In this document: positions 60,601 to 64,000 of the stretch, piece by piece
Layout: the number at the start of each line of letters is the position of its first letter
Numbering within the stretch: the first letter of the stretch is position 1
Translations under genes and position numbers: made by a program
Notes under the pieces: generated by a model
What the model saw: the letters and a program-made list of their open reading frames with translations, nothing else
Databases searched by the model: none
What the model was told of the DNA's origin: nothing
DNA from: Macrostomum lignano
Lineage: Eukaryota
Direction of reading: 5' to 3'
Assembly: GCA_002269645.1 (NCBI GenBank)
Contig: NIVC01001485.1
Span: forward strand, 186,001-250,000
DNA length: 64,000 nt

Positions 60601-63374
60601 CACACCTGGTCCAGTTGGGGCTGGTGTAATCAATTATTTTTATTAACAGGTACTCATTTATGGTTTATGTGGAGGGGGAGCTCGTCAGAATCTTGGGTCG
60701 CGATCCCTGGTTCAATTTCGTGGCCGGTCACATTCATCTTGAGGCTTGTGTGCACGAGAATTGGCGATGCACACTCAGGAAGCTGTTCTGGAACGGTTTT
60801 TGAGAATCTTTCGTAAGGATTTCAAAAAACTGCTGCGAAACGGTTGCTAAGAATCGCTCGGAAGCGGTTTCTAAGAATCTCTCGGAAGCGGGTTCGAAGA
60901 ATCGCTCGGAAACGGTTTCTAAGAATCGCTAGAAAAAGGTTTCTAAGAATCGCTCGGAAACGGTTTCTAAGAATAGTTTCAAAACGGTTGCTAAGAATCG
61001 CTCGGAAGCGGTTACTAAAAATCGCTTGGAAGCGGTTTCTAAGAATCGCTTGGAAGCGGTTTCTAAGAATCGCTTGGAAGCGGTTTCTAAGAATCGCTAG
61101 AAAATGGTTTCTAAGAATCGCTCGGAAACGGTTTCTAAGAATAGTTTCAAAACGGTTGCTAAGAATCGCTCGGAAGCGGTTACTAAAAATCGCTTGGAAG
61201 CGGTTTCTAAGAATCGCTTGGAAGCGGTTTCTAAGAATCGCTTGGAAGCGGTTTCTAAGAATCGCTTGGAAGCGGTTTCTAAGAATCTTTCTGAATTGGT
61301 TTCTATTCTAAGAATCTTTCTGAAATAGTTTCCAAGAATCTTTCTGAATTGGTTTCTAAGAATCTTTCTGAAACAGTTTCTAAGAATAGTTTCAAAACGG
61401 TTTCTAAGAATCGCTCGGAAGCGGTTTCTAAGAAACGCTCGGAAGCGGTTTCTAAGAAACGCTCGGAAGCGGTTTCTAAGAATCGCTCGGAAGCGGTTTC
61501 TAAGAAACGCTCGGAAGCGGTTTCTAAGAATCGCTCGGAAGTGGTTTCTAAGAAACGCTCGGAAGCGGTTTCTAAGAATCGCTCGGAAGCGGTTTCTAAG
61601 AAACGCTCGGAAGCGGTTTCTAAGAATCGCTCGGAAGCGGTTTCTAAGAAACGCTCGGAAGCGGTTTCTAAGAATCGCTTGGAAGCAGTTTCTAAAAATC
61701 GTTCTGAAATGTTTTCTAAGAATCGTTTTGAAACGGTTTCTAAGAATCGTTTAAGAATTGCTGTACCTAATGTTGGTCGTATCCCTATAAAAATTGCCAT
61801 AACAATAACGCATTACTCCCCAGCTCGAATCCGACGTATTGTTGCGCAACTATTCTGCCGTGGTAATCGACGAAGCGCACGAGCGGACCATCTACACCGA
61901 CATTCTCATCGGCCTGCTCAGCCGTGTCGTCTGTCGGCGGCGCCGTCTTGGCCACCCGTTGAAACTAATTGTTATGTCGGCCACTCTTCGCGTGCAAGAC
62001 TTCTTAGCCAATGAGCGGCTGTTTCCCAGCGCTGCGAAGCCACCGCTGGTTCGCATTGATGCCAGACAGTACCCAGTGACTGTGCACTTTAACAGGCGAA
62101 CTGAGGACGATTATTTGAGGGCCGCGTACGCTAAAGTGTGTCGATTGCACACCTCACTACCGCCAGGTGGAGTTCTTGTCTTTGTCACTGGCGCTCAGGA
62201 GGTAATTAAAAGATTTGAATTTACACGTAGAATAGTGTACTAATCTACAGGTACTTGAAATGATAACGAAGTTTTTTAAGAAAAGAACTCAAAATCCAGT
62301 CGAAAAATGAATCGAAATCGGTCTTCGAATCCAGATTTTTGAAATAATTCAAAATCGGCATTCAAATTCAGATTTTAAATGAATCTAAATTCGGTCTTTA
62401 AATCCAGATCTGAAAATAATTCAAAATCGGCCTTCAAATCCGGATGTTTAAAAGAATCCAAAATCGGCCTTCAAATCCGGATTTTAAAAGAATCCAAAAT
62501 CGGCCTTCAAATCCGGATTTTAAAAGAATCCAAAATCGGCCTTCAAATCCGGATTTTAAAAGAATCCAAAATCAGCCTTCAAATCCGAATTTCAAAAGAA
62601 TCCAAAATCGGCCTTCAAATCCGGATTTTAAAAGAATCCAAAATCGGCCTTCAAATCCGGATTTTAAAAGAATCCAAAATCAGCCTTCGAAAATACTTTT
62701 TAAATTAATCTGGCACCTGCAATTCCACCAAGGTGGTGACTCTGTGCTCTTGGCTGCGCCGCGCTTTCCGCAAGTCGAAGTCAACAACAACAGCAACGGC
62801 ATCTTCTTCAATCAACGAAGCCGAAGCCGAAGACCGCCGTCTGGAGATCTGCCTGGACAACTACTCGGCCGTGCCAGCTGACGAGGACGCCGAGCTACAC
62901 GAAGCTCCAATCGATGCAGAACTTCGTCGGGACGGTCGCCTTCAGGCTGACGACGATAATGATGACGACGACGATGATGGCAACGTCGAAGTCGATGCCG
63001 ACGTCGAAGGCTTCCGTCTGACTGACGAAATCGGCGACGAGCCAACGAAGCGACAGCTCGGCAGCTCCGGCCCGGTGCACGTAGTCGGCCTGTACTCGCT
63101 GATGCCGCCGGAGCGTCAGGCAGCGGCGTTTCGCGAACCGCCCGACGGTCACCGAATGATTTTCGTAGCGACTAACGTGGCCGAGACGTCCATCACGATT
63201 CCCTGCGTCCGGTACGTTGTGGACACCGGCCGGGTGAAGACTAAAGTCTACGACAAGGTCACCGGCGTGTCGACCTTTGTTGTCACCTGGACTAGCAAGG
63301 CTTCGGCCGAGCAGCGGGCTGGCCGAGCCGGCCGGCTGGGACCCGGACACTGCTACCGGCTGTACTCTTCGCAG
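57612..63374 (+). CDS. DHX37: DEAH-box RNA helicase DHX37/Dhr1-like; first 4 coding exons, gene continues past the window
   Basis: Exons 57612-58090, 59620-60295, 61824-62201, 62733-63374, phases consistent. Motifs [72 protein letters not shown]. Confidence 0.88.
58110..59560. repeat. 38-bp CTAGAATCCCACATGGGAATAATCTTGAGTTTGATCCC array filling DHX37 intron 1
   Basis: Tandem repetition. Confidence 0.95.
60335..60640 (+). mobile_element. Degenerate CORE-like SINE
   Basis: GGGTTCGTTTCCCGA...ACAATTTGTGTC...AAGACACTTAACTCTGAATTGCTTCAGTTCACCCAGCTGAAAAATGGG, homologous to the 1231 copy. Confidence 0.65.
60835..61760. repeat. 24-bp GGTTTCTAAGAATCGCTCGGAAGC array in DHX37 intron 2
   Basis: Tandem repetition. 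Confidence 0.93.
62300..62695. repeat. 36-bp AAAAGAATCCAAAATCGGCCTTCAAATCCGGATTTT array in DHX37 intron 3
   Basis: Tandem repetition. Confidence 0.92.
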
Positions 63375-63399
63375 GTACCTTTTTTAAAGACATGGGTTG

Positions 63400-63750
63400 G
63401 GCTGTGCGCACCCTGGTGCACTTTAAGCGACATTGTCACACAGGAGTGTACAGCGGCCCTAACTTTATTTATCATCAGGCATGTACACTTCACTGTGCTT
63501 TGGGGGTTGGGCCTCAAGCTGGGCGTTAATTGCACGAGCAGAGCCAAGCCGAGATTCCAATTTAGCCACAAAATTAACTTAAAATCGAGCCTGGGCCGCT
63601 AGCACATAAGAGCGCCGCTCTGGGCCACTAGGCTACGGCCCCAGGTACGTAATGTGCTTCAAAGCTTTAGTAAGAGCCAACCCCCAAGGCAGGAGTTTAC
63701 ATGGCTGATGATTAGAAAGTCAGTCAGGGACGCTGTACACCCTGTGTGAT
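63400..63750. mobile_element. MITE-like element with long imperfect inverted arms (about 63430-63512 / 63676-63750)
   Basis: Reverse complement of the left arm reads GCCCAACCCCCAAAGCACAGTGAAGTGTACATGCCTGATGATAAATAAAGTTAGGGCCGCTGTACACTCCTGTGTGA, matching the right arm. Confidence 0.55.
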
Positions 63751-64000
63751 CAGAGTCAGTCGGGGCCGCTGTACACCCTGTGTGAGCAGAGTTAGTCAGA
63801 TCCGCTGTACACCCTGTGTGAGCAGAGTCAGTCAGGGACGCTGTACACCCTGTGTGATCAGAGTCAGTCAGGGACGCTGTACACCCTGTGTGATCAGAGT
63901 CAGTCAGATCCGCTGTACACCCTGTGTGATCAGAGTCAGTCAGATCCGCTGTACACCCTGTGTGAGCAGAGTCAGTCAGATCCGCTGTACACCCTGTGTG
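63720..64000. repeat. 36-bp CAGAGTCAGTCAGGGACGCTGTACACCCTGTGTGAT array, running off the window
   Basis: Tandem repetition. Confidence 0.92.

Overview
Eukaryotic (metazoan) genomic DNA, not prokaryotic. GC-rich exons alternate with introns and spacers filled by minisatellites. The style suggests a free-living flatworm such as Macrostomum; this is inference, not shown by the sequence. I could splice five genes by hand with GT-AG sites and consistent reading phase: a minus-strand KIAA0513-like gene with a long Q/P/G-rich N-terminus (10.5-20.3 kb) and the co-directional plus-strand run GID8 - AMBRA1 - DDX10 - (unknown 97-aa ORF) - DHX37 (31.8-64 kb, cut by the window end). The first 8 kb holds three copies of a PAN/apple + C-type lectin gene, two of them damaged. 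Mobile DNA: tRNA-derived CORE-like SINEs, three LINE fragments, a Penelope-like element with inverted pLTRs carrying a minimal hammerhead ribozyme, a separate perfect 99-bp palindrome with a second hammerhead, and MITE-like inverted repeats. Most notable: (1) the inverted pLTR copy differs from its partner only by five A-to-G changes in ADAR-type contexts (plus one T-run indel), and two of them destroy the ribozyme core on the host pre-mRNA strand; (2) 16 of 19 introns contain tandem arrays, and seven array families share a same-strand AGAATC core; (3) an array of AG/GTGAGT splice-site units lies just upstream of DHX37.
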